A stretch of DNA of 64,000 nucleotides, from assembly GCA_963816185.1 (NCBI GenBank), contig CAWFJJ010000006.1, positions 23,588 through 87,587 of the forward strand, written 5' to 3'. The notes under the pieces are model-generated. The model worked only from the letters and a program-made list of their open reading frames with translations, made no database searches and was not told where the DNA came from. Positions within the stretch are counted from its first letter, which is position 1. Every line of letters begins with the position of its first letter. The DNA comes from Thermoanaerobaculia bacterium. GTDB lineage: Bacteria; Acidobacteriota; Thermoanaerobaculia; UBA5066. Below are positions 52,375-61,948 of this stretch, in pieces. A program made the position numbers and the translations under genes.

Positions 52375-52591
52375 ATGAAGGCAGTCTTGCAGACAGGCTA
52401 CGGACCTCCGGAGGTCCTCCAACTTCTGGACCTTCCAACGCCTGTACCAGGCGAGAGTCGAATACTCGTCAAGGTCCTCGCCGCATCGGCAAATGCGGTT
52501 GACTGGCGGCCATTGACTTTTCCACCGTTGGTTCTCCGTGTGCTGGGCGGAGGGCATTCGAAGCTAAGAGACAGCTCACATGGAGTCGACC
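52375..52591 (+). pseudogene. Truncated NAD(P)-dependent MDR/alcohol dehydrogenase (N-terminus)
   Basis: MKAV....YGPPEVLQL..P.P....LVKV.AAS.N..DW; breaks at IS-end-like TGGGAATTGCCGGGGG (52592). Confidence 0.7.
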
Positions 52592-52755
52592 TGGGAATTG
52601 CCGGGGGCTACAGCAGGGAGAAAGCCGGAAACGCGCTCTCTCCCGGAGCCTCCGAACGAACCGAAATCTACGCCCCCTTACGGGAGCGGCCCCTTGCTAA
52701 GAACCGGGGATAAGACCCGAGTTCCGAAGGGTACGGTCCCCTCTCAACGGGGCGC

Positions 52756-53502
52756 TCACCTCTCGACGCGGAAGGCCCGCAGTTCCGATCGGTCCCGGGC
52801 ATCCTCTCCCCGGGGCATCCCGAAGGGCCAGGGCTCGTGACGGCCGAGCTCGGTCGTCGCGGTGCGCTCTTCAGCGAGAGCCGCGGAGATACTGGCCCGG
52901 TCTCCCGGCGTTCCATAGAACCGGAGCAGGCCGGCGGACACCCAGGGCCAGTTGAGCTCCCTCAGGTCTGTCCCGCGGCGGTAGCGGGTGCCGTGACGCC
53001 CGAGGGCCCAGAGCACGACCCGCAACTCTCCGTGGAAGGGAGCGCGGCCGAGCTCCGCCTCCGCCTCGAGGTCGCGGTAGAACATCATCCGTCGGGCGAG
53101 GATCAGCTCGGCCGGCACGCAGCCCTCCCAGCCGGCCTCTGCGCATCGGCTGGATTCGTGCCAGACGGTCCAGGCACGACAAGCTCCGGGCCTGGCCTCG
53201 TAGATGCTGCAGAGGTCGTCGCGAAGGAAGACGCACGGCCCAAGGAGCAGGCTGAGGGCGGACCCCAGCGGCGCGCCCTGCTCGAGGCAAGCCTGAAACC
53301 TCGCCAACGTCTCTGCCGCCTCCCGCCTTGCGCGGGCTCGCCGCCTGGCCGGGAGCTCCTCGAGCAACCGGAGCACCTCCGCGGAGCTGACGTCCACAAA
53401 CATCGAACAGCAGCGCGAGCAGCCGGGAGCGCACGTTGGCCGACCGATGCGCGGCTCCCATCGCCGAAGCCAAGAGCGGATCTCGGCGTCGAGGACCGTC
53501 GG
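52756..53502 (-). CDS. YkgJ-family cysteine-cluster protein; start uncertain
   Basis: In-frame CAPGCSRCC upstream of the track start; CVFL..LCSIYEARP..CR. Confidence 0.75.
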   Translation of the reverse strand, partial: PTVLDAEIRSWLRRWEPRIGRPTCAPGCSRCCSMFVDVSSAEVLRLLEELPARRRARARREAAETLARFQACLEQGAPLGSALSLLLGPCVFLRDDLCSIYEARPGACRAWTVWHESSRCAEAGWEGCVPAELILARRMMFYRDLEAEAELGRAPFHGELRVVLWALGRHGTRYRRGTDLRELNWPWVSAGLLRFYGTPGDRASISAALAEERTATTELGRHEPWPFGMPRGEDARDRSELRAFRVER

Positions 53503-55046
53503 GCTCAGGAGCGCTGCCTCACGATCGAATGCGCGAGCTGCCGGATCAGGCTCGCCGGCGGCGACGAGCCGAGGCCGGGCCAGGCCGACCCGGGTCCCCG
53601 CCGGTCCGGTCGTGGCCCAGACCCCTGGCAGCCACTTCTCGTGAACCGTGCCGCCCGGCAGCCACTTCTCGTGAACCGTGCCGCCCGGCAGCCACTTCTC
53701 GTGAATGCCACCACGACCTGGGCTGGACGAAGTTCGAGCTGGGCGACGCGGACGGAGCGCTCCGCGAGCTCCGCATCGCCGCCGACCTCTCCGACGCGCC
53801 GCTCTCGTGGCTCGGCCAGGCGATGATCGTGCCCGGAGCGCCAGGCGCGAACGACGGGGAGATCCGGCGCGTCCGGACCTCGGCCGCGGAGAGGCTTCGT
53901 CGCGATGCCCCCGTTCCTGCAGGTAGGCGCCACCCTGCGCCGCGCCCGCCCGACGGCCGCATCCGGGTCGGCTACCTCTCCTCGTTCTTTCACCGGGCGA
54001 ACTACATGGTGCCGGTCTGGACCCTCGTAAACCGCCACGACCGGGGCGTGGTGGAGATCCACCTCGTCAGCGACTCCCCGGCCGCCGCCGGCCGGCCCGG
54101 TTACCGTCCCCGGCCCGAGGACCATGTCCACGAGACCGAGGGTCTGAGCAACGCCGACCTGTCCGACCTGATCGACGATCTTGCCCTCGACATCCTCGTC
54201 GATCTCAACGGCTACAGCCGGCCGGAGCGGCTTCCCCTTTTCCTCCACCCGCGGGCCGCGACCACCGTGGCATGGTTCAACATGTACGCCACGTCCGGAC
54301 TTCCGGGCGTCCGGTACCTCGTCGGCGACAGCGAGGTCGTCCGGGAGGGAGAGGAAGGGCGCTACACCGAGCGGGTGGTCCGGCTTCCGCAGAGCTACCT
54401 CACCTTCGAGGCCGCCCGGCGGCATCCTCCCGTCGCGCCGCCGCCCTGCCTCGACCGCGGCGCTGTCACCTTCGGCAGCCTCGTCACCCAGTACAAGGTG
54501 AACGGTGGCGTGCTCGACGCATGGACCGCCATCCTCCGCGGCGCGCCCGAGAGCCTTCTCGTCCTCGGCAACGCGACGCTCGCTTCCGAGGGAGACCGCG
54601 ACCACCTGCTCGGAGAGCTCGAGAGCCGCGGGGTGGATGCCGAACGGGTCCGCCTGCGGGGGCCGGCCGAACACGCGGAGTTCCTCCGGTACTACGACGA
54701 GATCGACGTCGCGCTCGACGCGTTCCCCTACAACGGCGGTACGACCACGATCGAGGCAATCTGGCAGGGCGTCCCGGTCCTGACCTTCGCCGGTGAACGA
54801 TGGGCCTCCCGGACGAGCGCGTCCATTCTCGCTCGGACGCATCTGGGAGAGTTCGTGGCGCGGGACCGCGCGGAGATGGTCCAAACCGGGGTGGCCCTCG
54901 CCCGCGATCCGGGCATCGCCAGCCGCCTGGCGGGCCTGCGACGGTCGATGCGCCGGAAACTCCAGGACTCCGTCGCCTGCGACGGACGGGGACTTGCCCG
55001 CGAGATGGAGCGGGTCTACCGGGACATCGCCGGCCGTCGCTTCTGA
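53436..55046 (+). CDS. O-GlcNAc transferase/SPINDLY-like (GT41) protein with short TPR; start uncertain
   Basis: IRVGYLS, DILVDLNG, TFGS...K, IDVALDAFPYNGGTTT.EA.W.GVPV. Confidence 0.85.
   Translation: MADRCAAPIAEAKSGSRRRGPSGSGALPHDRMRELPDQARRRRRAEAGPGRPGSPPVRSWPRPLAATSREPCRPAATSREPCRPAATSRECHHDLGWTKFELGDADGALRELRIAADLSDAPLSWLGQAMIVPGAPGANDGEIRRVRTSAAERLRRDAPVPAGRRHPAPRPPDGRIRVGYLSSFFHRANYMVPVWTLVNRHDRGVVEIHLVSDSPAAAGRPGYRPRPEDHVHETEGLSNADLSDLIDDLALDILVDLNGYSRPERLPLFLHPRAATTVAWFNMYATSGLPGVRYLVGDSEVVREGEEGRYTERVVRLPQSYLTFEAARRHPPVAPPPCLDRGAVTFGSLVTQYKVNGGVLDAWTAILRGAPESLLVLGNATLASEGDRDHLLGELESRGVDAERVRLRGPAEHAEFLRYYDEIDVALDAFPYNGGTTTIEAIWQGVPVLTFAGERWASRTSASILARTHLGEFVARDRAEMVQTGVALARDPGIASRLAGLRRSMRRKLQDSVACDGRGLAREMERVYRDIAGRRF
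53627..53705 (+). repeat. Perfect 30-bp tandem repeat x2.6
   Basis: Unit GGCAGCCACTTCTCGTGAACCGTGCCGCCC. Confidence 0.9.
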
Positions 55047-55210
55047 CCGGCCGGCGCCTGCCCCCCTCTTCGAGGTGCCTGTCGATCGCCCTGAGGTCAG
55101 TTACTTACTGGTCAACTTCCCTGGCTCGCTGTCCCTCGAATTCCAGTAAACCGCTCTCTGCCACTCTCGACAAGGACCGCCCTCAGAGAGGGGCACCCAA
55201 TCCGCCGGGG

Positions 55211-55513
55211 TTAATCGTGCCACCCCAGATCAGATGGCGCGAGGCCGCCGATCTCCCCGTGGGCGCGGTCCGCACGCCGGGCGCGCCGCATGTGGTCGAG
55301 CGCGCGATTCTTCGCGGCCGCCATGAGCCACGCGCCCGGATTGTCGGGGACGCCCGTCTCGGGCCAGCTCCGAAGCGCCGCGAGGAGGGCGTCCTGGGCG
55401 AAGTCCTCCGCGAGGCCGACGTCTCCCGTCATGCGCGCGAGCGCCGCGATGAGCCGCGAGGACTCGATTTGCCGGATCGCGTCGATCGCGCGATGGGCCT
55501 CGGGAGCGGACAC
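55211..55513 (-). pseudogene. Truncated ECF42-type sigma factor (region 2 only)
   Basis: ESSRLIAALAR..GD..LAED..QDA...AL..WP..GVP.NP.AWL...A.NRA.D; stops at ~100 aa; follows a DGPF gene. Confidence 0.8.
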
Positions 55514-55553
55514 GGGGGAGGATTAAAGCATCGTCCCCCGCGTCCTGGGGGCG

Positions 55554-55979
55554 TCACGGCTTGGACTGCTTTTCGAACTTTTCGCGACGGTCTTTCATCT
55601 TTTGCAACTCGGGCGTGAGCTCGCCCCAGTCCGCCATCTCGATGACCTGCCGGATCTCGACCTCGGAATCGCCTTCATGAGGGTTCGGGCAGCGCTTCAC
55701 CCACTCGATCGCCTCCTCCTTCGACTTCACCTGCCACAGCCAGAAGCCGGCGACGAGCTCCTTCGTCTCCGTGAACGGCCCGTCGACCACGGTGCGCTTG
55801 CTCCCGGAGAACTGGACGCGCGCCCCCTTCGAGCTGGCATGAAGTCCCTCGGCGGCGAGCATGATGCCCGCTTTCACGAGCTCCTCGTTGAACTTCCCCA
55901 TGTCGGCGAGCAGCTTCTCGCTCGGCATCACGCCCGCCTCGCTGTCCTTCGTGGCCTTGACCATCACCATGAATCGCAT
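55554..55979 (-). CDS. YciI/DGPF family protein
   Basis: MRFMVMVKA, DGPFTETKELVAGFW, EAIEW.KRCP. Confidence 0.92.
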   Translation of the reverse strand: MRFMVMVKATKDSEAGVMPSEKLLADMGKFNEELVKAGIMLAAEGLHASSKGARVQFSGSKRTVVDGPFTETKELVAGFWLWQVKSKEEAIEWVKRCPNPHEGDSEVEIRQVIEMADWGELTPELQKMKDRREKFEKQSKP

Positions 55980-56025
55980 CGTCGTCGTCTCCTTTCGACC
56001 GGGCTGTCCCCGCCTCCATCCCTAC

Positions 56026-56052
56026 GACGACGGAGCCTCTCCGAAATCGACA
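56026..56052 (-). promoter_or_regulatory. ECF42-type promoter
   Basis: Minus-strand TGTCGA-17nt-CGTC upstream of the DGPF gene. Confidence 0.65.
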
Positions 56053-56145
56053 TTCTTCGGCGAAATTCTTCTCACTCGAGGAGGGAGGTGTTCTCAGTTC
56101 GAAGGTCAGTCTGCCCGGCGGCCCCCCAACCGTAGAATCAGGCGC

Positions 56146-56964
56146 ATGACCGCATCCGCGACCCCGAACCGCGCGGCGGCGTTCCTGGCGATGCATCGAC
56201 CCGGCGCCGGCTTCATCCTGCCGAATGCCTGGGACGGTGGCTCGGCACGGATCCTAGAACAGGCCGGGTTCGCCGCGATCGCCACCACCAGCGCCGGGAT
56301 CGCCTTCAGCCGTGGTGCCGCCGACGGCACCATGGAGGGGCCGGAGATGCTCGACTGCATCGCGCGGATCGTGTCGGCTGTCGCGTGCCCGGTGAGCGCC
56401 GACCTGGAGTCCGGTTACGGCGCTACCGCCGACCACGTTGCCGCAACGGTCGCCGCTGCGGTCGAGCTCGGGGTGGTCGGAGGCAATCTGGAGGACGTGA
56501 CTCAGCCCGGAGAACTGCTCCCGGTCGAGGCTGCCTGCGAACGTCTCGAGGCGGCGCGGACCGCCGCACCGGCCGGTTCGTTCGTGCTGAACGCGCGCAC
56601 CGACGCCTACATGATCAGGCACCCGGACGCCTTCGCCGAGACGGTGCGCCGGGCCGAGAGCTACCTGGCTGCCGGAGCCGACTGCATCTTCGTTCCCGGC
56701 GTCACCGCTGCCGAGGAGATCGGCAGACTGACCGCCGCGATCGGCGCGCCGGTGAACGTCGTGGCCGGGCTGGTCGAGCCGGTGCTGGACGCTGCCACCC
56801 TGCGCTCGCTCGGCGTCGCCAGGATCAGCGTCGGCGGTACCCTCACTCGCGCAGTCCTCACCCTGGTCGAGCAGGCCGCTCGGGAGATGGCCGATCACGG
56901 CACCTTCGGCTTCGCCCAGGGCGCGATCCCGTATGCCGAGCTGCAGCAGCGCTTCAGCCGCTGA
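56146..56964 (+). CDS. Isocitrate lyase/PEP mutase family protein
   Basis: LPNAWD..SA, ATTSAG, ADLESGYG, NLED, NARTD, AGADCIF; TAGAAT 7 nt before ATG (leaderless). Confidence 0.9.
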   Translation: MTASATPNRAAAFLAMHRPGAGFILPNAWDGGSARILEQAGFAAIATTSAGIAFSRGAADGTMEGPEMLDCIARIVSAVACPVSADLESGYGATADHVAATVAAAVELGVVGGNLEDVTQPGELLPVEAACERLEAARTAAPAGSFVLNARTDAYMIRHPDAFAETVRRAESYLAAGADCIFVPGVTAAEEIGRLTAAIGAPVNVVAGLVEPVLDAATLRSLGVARISVGGTLTRAVLTLVEQAAREMADHGTFGFAQGAIPYAELQQRFSR

Positions 56965-57445
56965 GCTGACATGCCAGGCACCGGTTCAGCGGTGAGTTCC
57001 GGTTGTGCATCGCCCAAACCGCGTCGTCGGCGTGCGTCAGAAGAGCAGCCGAGGCCGGAGAGGCAGAAGTAGCAGTTCATCTTCGGCGCGTAGTTTAGGC
57101 ATTCGGTCGGTCAAGACCGGTCCGCCCGGACTCGATGGGAGCAGATGCGAAGAACCCCGCGAGGTCGTCGCGGGGTTCGGCTGGACTGCAAACCGGATTG
57201 CGATTCGCAGGGTAAGAAGAGTGGCTCCGCACTCGGTGGGCTAGAAGCGCAGGTTTCGATCAACATATTCGTCAGTCGCGAACTGCTCTCCGGCCAGAAT
57301 CTGAGAACTTCAACTCGTTCTCAGGTCAGAACTGCTCGCGCATGAACGGGTTGCTCCGGGGTGAGTTGGACCTGCGTGAAACTGCCACCCCAATCGCCAG
57401 CGCTCTCTGCCGGGCTTTGCAAGGCCCGCTTTCTGCCGAAAGCCG

Positions 57446-57997
57446 TCATTTTCGGCGCGGATTCGACACCGGCGTGACACCTTCGAAGTAATGGCTGCCG
57501 CGCCTGGCTGCGTCCCTGACCTTGCGCACGAGCCGGCTCTTCGTTCGCGCATCGAGGAGCCCGGCCACGAAGCGCCGCTGGGCCTCCGTTCCGCCGTGGG
57601 TGAGCGATCGCCATCTCTCGTTTCGGGCGCTCCAACACGTCAGCTCGATCAAGACCGGGATGAGCGCGACGCCGCTCTCTGTCAGGTCGTAGCGATCCTT
57701 GCGTCGGTCATCCGGATCCGTGGACCGCTCGATGAGCCCCTCCCTCTCGAGGTGACGAAGCCGCGAAGCGAGGACGTTCGTGGCGATGCCCTCATCGGAA
57801 GCCAGGAACTGGCCGTACGTGCGTTTGCCCCAGAAAACGATGTCGCGGAGGATCACGAGCGACCAGCGGTCGCCCAGCACCTCGACGGCGAAGTTGACCG
57901 GGCAGTCTGAGCGCCTGCCTCGGAGCCCGTCCCGACCCACGGCCCGGACGTTAGGCGGGTTCGGGGCGACACGCAATCTCTTGCAATATGCAAGCAT
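57446..57997 (-). CDS. HxlR family winged-helix regulator (start probably downstream, ~57940)
   Basis: RSDCP...EVLGDRWSL.ILRD, EGIATNVL..RL..L, Y.LTE.G..L.PVL. Confidence 0.85.
   Translation of the reverse strand: MLAYCKRLRVAPNPPNVRAVGRDGLRGRRSDCPVNFAVEVLGDRWSLVILRDIVFWGKRTYGQFLASDEGIATNVLASRLRHLEREGLIERSTDPDDRRKDRYDLTESGVALIPVLIELTCWSARNERWRSLTHGGTEAQRRFVAGLLDARTKSRLVRKVRDAARRGSHYFEGVTPVSNPRRK
57980..57994. promoter_or_regulatory. Palindromic operator between divergent genes (putative HxlR site)
   Basis: CTTGCA-ATA-TGCAAG overlapping a TTGCAA-17nt-TAGCGT promoter. Confidence 0.6.
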
Positions 57998-58032
57998 TCG
58001 GTCTAGCGTCCGAGGCCAGACGGAGGACCGCC

Positions 58033-58758
58033 ATGAAGAGCAAGGTGTTCGCCGGTCTCCTTTCCGCCCTTCTTCTCGCAGTCGTGCCGGCGCGGGGGCA
58101 GGCCCGGACGGGCGCCTACGAGAAGATGGCGCCGCTCGAGCAGTACCTGATCGCCGACCGGAACGCGGAAATCGCGCTCGCGCGGAGCGCGGCGCCTCCC
58201 TCGATCTCGAACGACGCGGCCATCCTCGTGCTCACGCCGCGCGGCTACGTGACGGCCGTCGAAGGCAAGAACGGCTTCGTCTGCTTCGTCGACCGCTCGT
58301 GGTCGAGCGTCTTCGACGATCCCGAGTTCTGGAACCCTCGTGGGCGCGGTCCGACGTGCATGAACCCGGCGGCGGTCCGGTCCGTCCTGCCGCTCCAGCG
58401 CCGGCTCACGGACCTGGCCCTGTCCGGCATGAGCCGCGAGGAAATCCTCGCCCGCGTGAAGGACGCGATCGCGAAGAAGGAGCTCTCACCGCCCGAGATC
58501 GGATCGATGTCCTACATGATGTCGAAACAGCAGTACCTGAACGATGGCGCCGTCCACTGGCATCCGCATCTGATGTTCTACGTTCCGGGCGACACGAACC
58601 CGGCGGCGTGGGGCGCCAACCTGCCGTCCTCGCCGGTCCTCGGCGGAGGACAGGACCTTCCGGGCGGCGGCCGGTTGCCCTGGACCATCTTCTTCGTCCC
58701 GATCTCCCGATGGTCCGACGGCACCCCCGCGGACGAGCACCCCGGCGCTCACAAGTAA
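58033..58758 (+). CDS. Secreted conserved hypothetical protein
   Basis: GGAGG RBS, signal peptide; EIALARSAAP..IS, GKNGFVC.V.RSW, MSYMMSK, HWHPHLMF. Confidence 0.75.
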   Translation: MKSKVFAGLLSALLLAVVPARGQARTGAYEKMAPLEQYLIADRNAEIALARSAAPPSISNDAAILVLTPRGYVTAVEGKNGFVCFVDRSWSSVFDDPEFWNPRGRGPTCMNPAAVRSVLPLQRRLTDLALSGMSREEILARVKDAIAKKELSPPEIGSMSYMMSKQQYLNDGAVHWHPHLMFYVPGDTNPAAWGANLPSSPVLGGGQDLPGGGRLPWTIFFVPISRWSDGTPADEHPGAHK

Positions 58759-58763
58759 GCTTG

Positions 58764-58820
58764 TGTAGGCGTGCAAGGGGAATTGCCCGGGGGGCTATGG
58801 CGCGCAGAAACCAGGGTCAT
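58764..58820 (+). mobile_element. Solo IS end
   Basis: TGTAGGCGTGCAAGGGGAATTGCCCGGGGG...CAGAAACCAGGGTCA, 5 nt after the stop at 58758. Confidence 0.7.
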
Positions 58821-59104
58821 ACCCAGGGTTCTTGTCTGAATGCCGCCCCGTAGTTTAAGTTCGAGGAATTATTTTCTCTGAAGGATCCCCAAGCGGACGG
58901 CTCAGAGCGCGGTGATACGCTCGCGGTGGAGCTTGCTATCGTTAGGTGACGGAGCTGCAAGGCATGACGACCACCGAGAAACGGAATCCCTTGGTCGTGT
59001 CCCCGGATCCCATCCGGATCGTGCCTCTCGCTTTTCCGGGATCTCTCGTTCAGCCCCTTATTGGAGCCGTTCCACGCGCAGTTGCTCCAAACCTTTCGTA
59101 TCGA

Positions 59105-59177
59105 GGCGGGCGTGCGATGCGAATTGCCGCGGGCTGTGGGGCGTAGAGACCAGAGTCACGCTCTCGGTTACTTTCTC
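59105..59177 (+). mobile_element. Degenerate IS end
   Basis: GTGCGATGCGAATTGCCG..GTAGAGACCAGAGTCACGCTCTCGG; 3' part is the reverse complement of 23532-23566. Confidence 0.6.
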
Positions 59178-59271
59178 AACCTCGACTTGTAAACGGACAT
59201 TCTGTCCGGACGCCATGCGCGGCTGCTCGGCGTGAAAGCAGCGCCCGGGCCGTCATAGACTCCGGACCCTC

Positions 59272-61683
59272 ATGACGACAAACGACACCGACGATCCTCC
59301 GATCGATGCAGATTTGACTCTCGATCGTGACCCGTCGCGCCCGCCCGCGGCCCCTTCGACAGCCGGGCTGCCGAGCGAGATCGGCGGGTTCCGCATCCTC
59401 GGAAAGCTCGGCGAGGGCGGGATGGGGATCGTCTACGAGGCAGAGCAGAAAAACCCGCAACGCAGGGTCGCCCTCAAGATCGTGCGCGGCGGGCACTTCG
59501 TCGACGACCAGTACCTCCGGATGTTCCGGCGGGAGACCGAGACGCTGGCCCGGCTCACGCACCCGAACATCGCGGCCCTCTACGAGGCGGGCCGCACGGA
59601 CGACGGCCAGCACTTCTTCACGATGGAGCTGGTCCTCGGCGAGACGCTCGCCGCGTGGGCGCGGCAGCACCTCGGCGGCGACCAGCCGAGCCCTTCGCAG
59701 ATCCGCGAGCGCCTCCGCCAGTTCGTCACGATCTGCCAGGCCGTCAACTACGCGCATCAGCGCGGCGTCATCCATCGCGATCTGAAGCCGTCGAACATCG
59801 TTGTCACGAACGCCGGCGCCAAGATCCTCGACTTCGGCCTCGCGCGCATCACGGACGCGGATGTTGCGGGGGCCACGGTGATGAGCGAGGTGGGCACGAT
59901 CCACGGGACGCTCTCATACATGAGCCCCGAGCAGACGCGCGGCGACAGCCGCGACATCGACCTCAGGACCGACGTCTACTCGCTCGGGGTCGTCCTCTAC
60001 GAGCTCCTCTCCGGAAAGCTGCCATACGCGACGCGCGGCATGTCGGTGGTGCAGGCGATCCGCAATATCTGCGAGGAGACCCCGAAGCCGCTCGACCTCG
60101 ACGCGGACCTCTCGACGATCCTCACGAAGGCCCTCGAGAAGGAGCCCGACGCCCGCTACCAGAGCGCCGCGGCGCTCGCCGAGGACGTCGAGCGCTACCT
60201 CACGAACCAGCCCATCCTCGCGCACCCGCCGAGCACCGTGTACCAGCTCAAGAAGCTCGTCGCGCGACACCGCGGGATGGTGGCGGCGGCAGGCGTGATC
60301 GCGGTACTGCTCATGGCGCTGGGCGCCACGATGGTGGTGCAGGCCGGTCGGGTCAGGAGAGAGCGCGACCGGGCGACGGCCGAGGCCGCGAAGGCGAGCG
60401 CGATCGACTCGTTCCTTCTCGACGCGCTGGGCGCGGCCGACCCCTGGCAGAAGGGCTCGCGAAACGTGTCGCTGCTGGACGCGCTGAAGCAGGCGCAGGA
60501 CAAGGCGCTCACCTCGCTCGCGAACCAGCCTCTCGTCGAGGCGTCTGTACTGCAGACGATCGGTACGACGTTCACGAATCTCGCGGAGTTCCCAGAGGCC
60601 GAGAAGGCGTTGAAGGCGTCACTCGACCTCCGCGTCAAGGCCGCGGGCCCACGGAGCGCCGAAGCCGCGGAGTCGCTCGGGGCCCTCGCGAACATGTACT
60701 CGGTCTGGCGGAAGTTCGACGACGCCGTGAAATACGCCCGTGAGGCGCTCGACATCATGCGCGGGCTCCACGGCCAGAGGAGCCTCGAGTCGGCTCCCCG
60801 CATGTACGACCTCGCGACCGCGCTCTTCGGTGCCGGGAAACCCGCCGAGGCGCGAGCGCTCGCGGAGGAGATGCTCGGGATCGTGCGGGAACGCGGCACG
60901 ATCCGTAGCCCCGAAAGCGCCAAGGCCGAGACCGACGCCCTCCTCATCCTCATCCAGGTCGCCACCGCCGAAGAGGACTACAAGAAGCTCGCAGCCCTGT
61001 CGCACGAGCGGCTCGAGCTCCTGAGGAAGCGGCTCGGAGAGCGGCATCCGGAGGTCGCCCAGGCCCTGAGCGACTACGCCCTCAGCCAGAATTACCTCGG
61101 CGACTTCGCCGGAGCCGAGCGCACGTTTCTCGAGGTCATCGACATGGAGATTGCGCTCTTGGGACCCGATCACCCGGAGGTTGCCGCCGCGCGCGAAAAC
61201 CTCGGGAACGTCTACTACCGGAGCGGCCAGCTGGACAAGTGTGCGAAGAACCTCGAAGTGGTCCTGGCGATCCGGCGGAAGGCGCTGGGCGACGATTCGG
61301 AGTCTGTGGCGCGAACGCTGACGAACATGGCCACCGTCTACAAGAAGGCCGGCAACGACGAAGCCGCTGAGAGGACTTACCGCGAGGCGATCCCCCGCCT
61401 GACGAGCAAGCTCGGGCCCGACCACCCGGACGTCGGGATGACGCTCCTGGGCTTCGGCGATCTCCTGAGAAAGATCGGCAAATACCCCGAGTCCGAAACC
61501 GCGCTCAAGCGCTCGCTGGACATTCGCATCAAGGCGTTCGGCGAAAGCAACGACATGGCGCAAAGGACGATCAAGATCCTCGCCGATCTCTACGCGGCCT
61601 GGAACAAGCCCGCGCAGGCGGCGGCGTACGCGGCGAGGCTGAAGCCGGTGGAAACGAAGACGACGGCGGCCACGGCGAAGTAA
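59272..61683 (+). CDS. Ser/Thr protein kinase with TM and TPR repeats
   Basis: GEGGMG.V, HRDLKPSN, DFG, YMSPEQ; LGPDHPEVA-type TPR repeats. Confidence 0.93.
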   Translation: MTTNDTDDPPIDADLTLDRDPSRPPAAPSTAGLPSEIGGFRILGKLGEGGMGIVYEAEQKNPQRRVALKIVRGGHFVDDQYLRMFRRETETLARLTHPNIAALYEAGRTDDGQHFFTMELVLGETLAAWARQHLGGDQPSPSQIRERLRQFVTICQAVNYAHQRGVIHRDLKPSNIVVTNAGAKILDFGLARITDADVAGATVMSEVGTIHGTLSYMSPEQTRGDSRDIDLRTDVYSLGVVLYELLSGKLPYATRGMSVVQAIRNICEETPKPLDLDADLSTILTKALEKEPDARYQSAAALAEDVERYLTNQPILAHPPSTVYQLKKLVARHRGMVAAAGVIAVLLMALGATMVVQAGRVRRERDRATAEAAKASAIDSFLLDALGAADPWQKGSRNVSLLDALKQAQDKALTSLANQPLVEASVLQTIGTTFTNLAEFPEAEKALKASLDLRVKAAGPRSAEAAESLGALANMYSVWRKFDDAVKYAREALDIMRGLHGQRSLESAPRMYDLATALFGAGKPAEARALAEEMLGIVRERGTIRSPESAKAETDALLILIQVATAEEDYKKLAALSHERLELLRKRLGERHPEVAQALSDYALSQNYLGDFAGAERTFLEVIDMEIALLGPDHPEVAAARENLGNVYYRSGQLDKCAKNLEVVLAIRRKALGDDSESVARTLTNMATVYKKAGNDEAAERTYREAIPRLTSKLGPDHPDVGMTLLGFGDLLRKIGKYPESETALKRSLDIRIKAFGESNDMAQRTIKILADLYAAWNKPAQAAAYAARLKPVETKTTAATAK

Positions 61684-61735
61684 CGGGCGGCCTCTTCTCG
61701 ATTCAGGTCCGTTCGACGGGCATTCAGTCCGGACG

Positions 61736-61765
61736 TGTAGGGGTGCAATGGGAATTGCCGGGGGG
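61736..61765 (+). mobile_element. Solo IS end
   Basis: TGTAGGGGTGCAATGGGAATTGCCGGGGG, 104 nt before the IS left end. Confidence 0.8.
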
Positions 61766-61948
61766 GTGTGGCCGCGTGAAACTGCGGCCATTCTGCCTCT
61801 TTCTTGCCGTGTCTTGACCCCGCCCTAACTTCTCTCAACTGTAGGGGCGCAATGGGAATTGCCGGGGGTGCTGAGACTGTAGAAACCAGGGTCAGCCCTC
61901 GGACTATTCGTCTCCGAGCGCCAGGGGGGCCGCAACCCCTCCGCACGC

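Noticed and set aside
53627-53705. Possible CRISPR array
   Set aside because: Units are contiguous and identical, with no unique spacers; no cas genes
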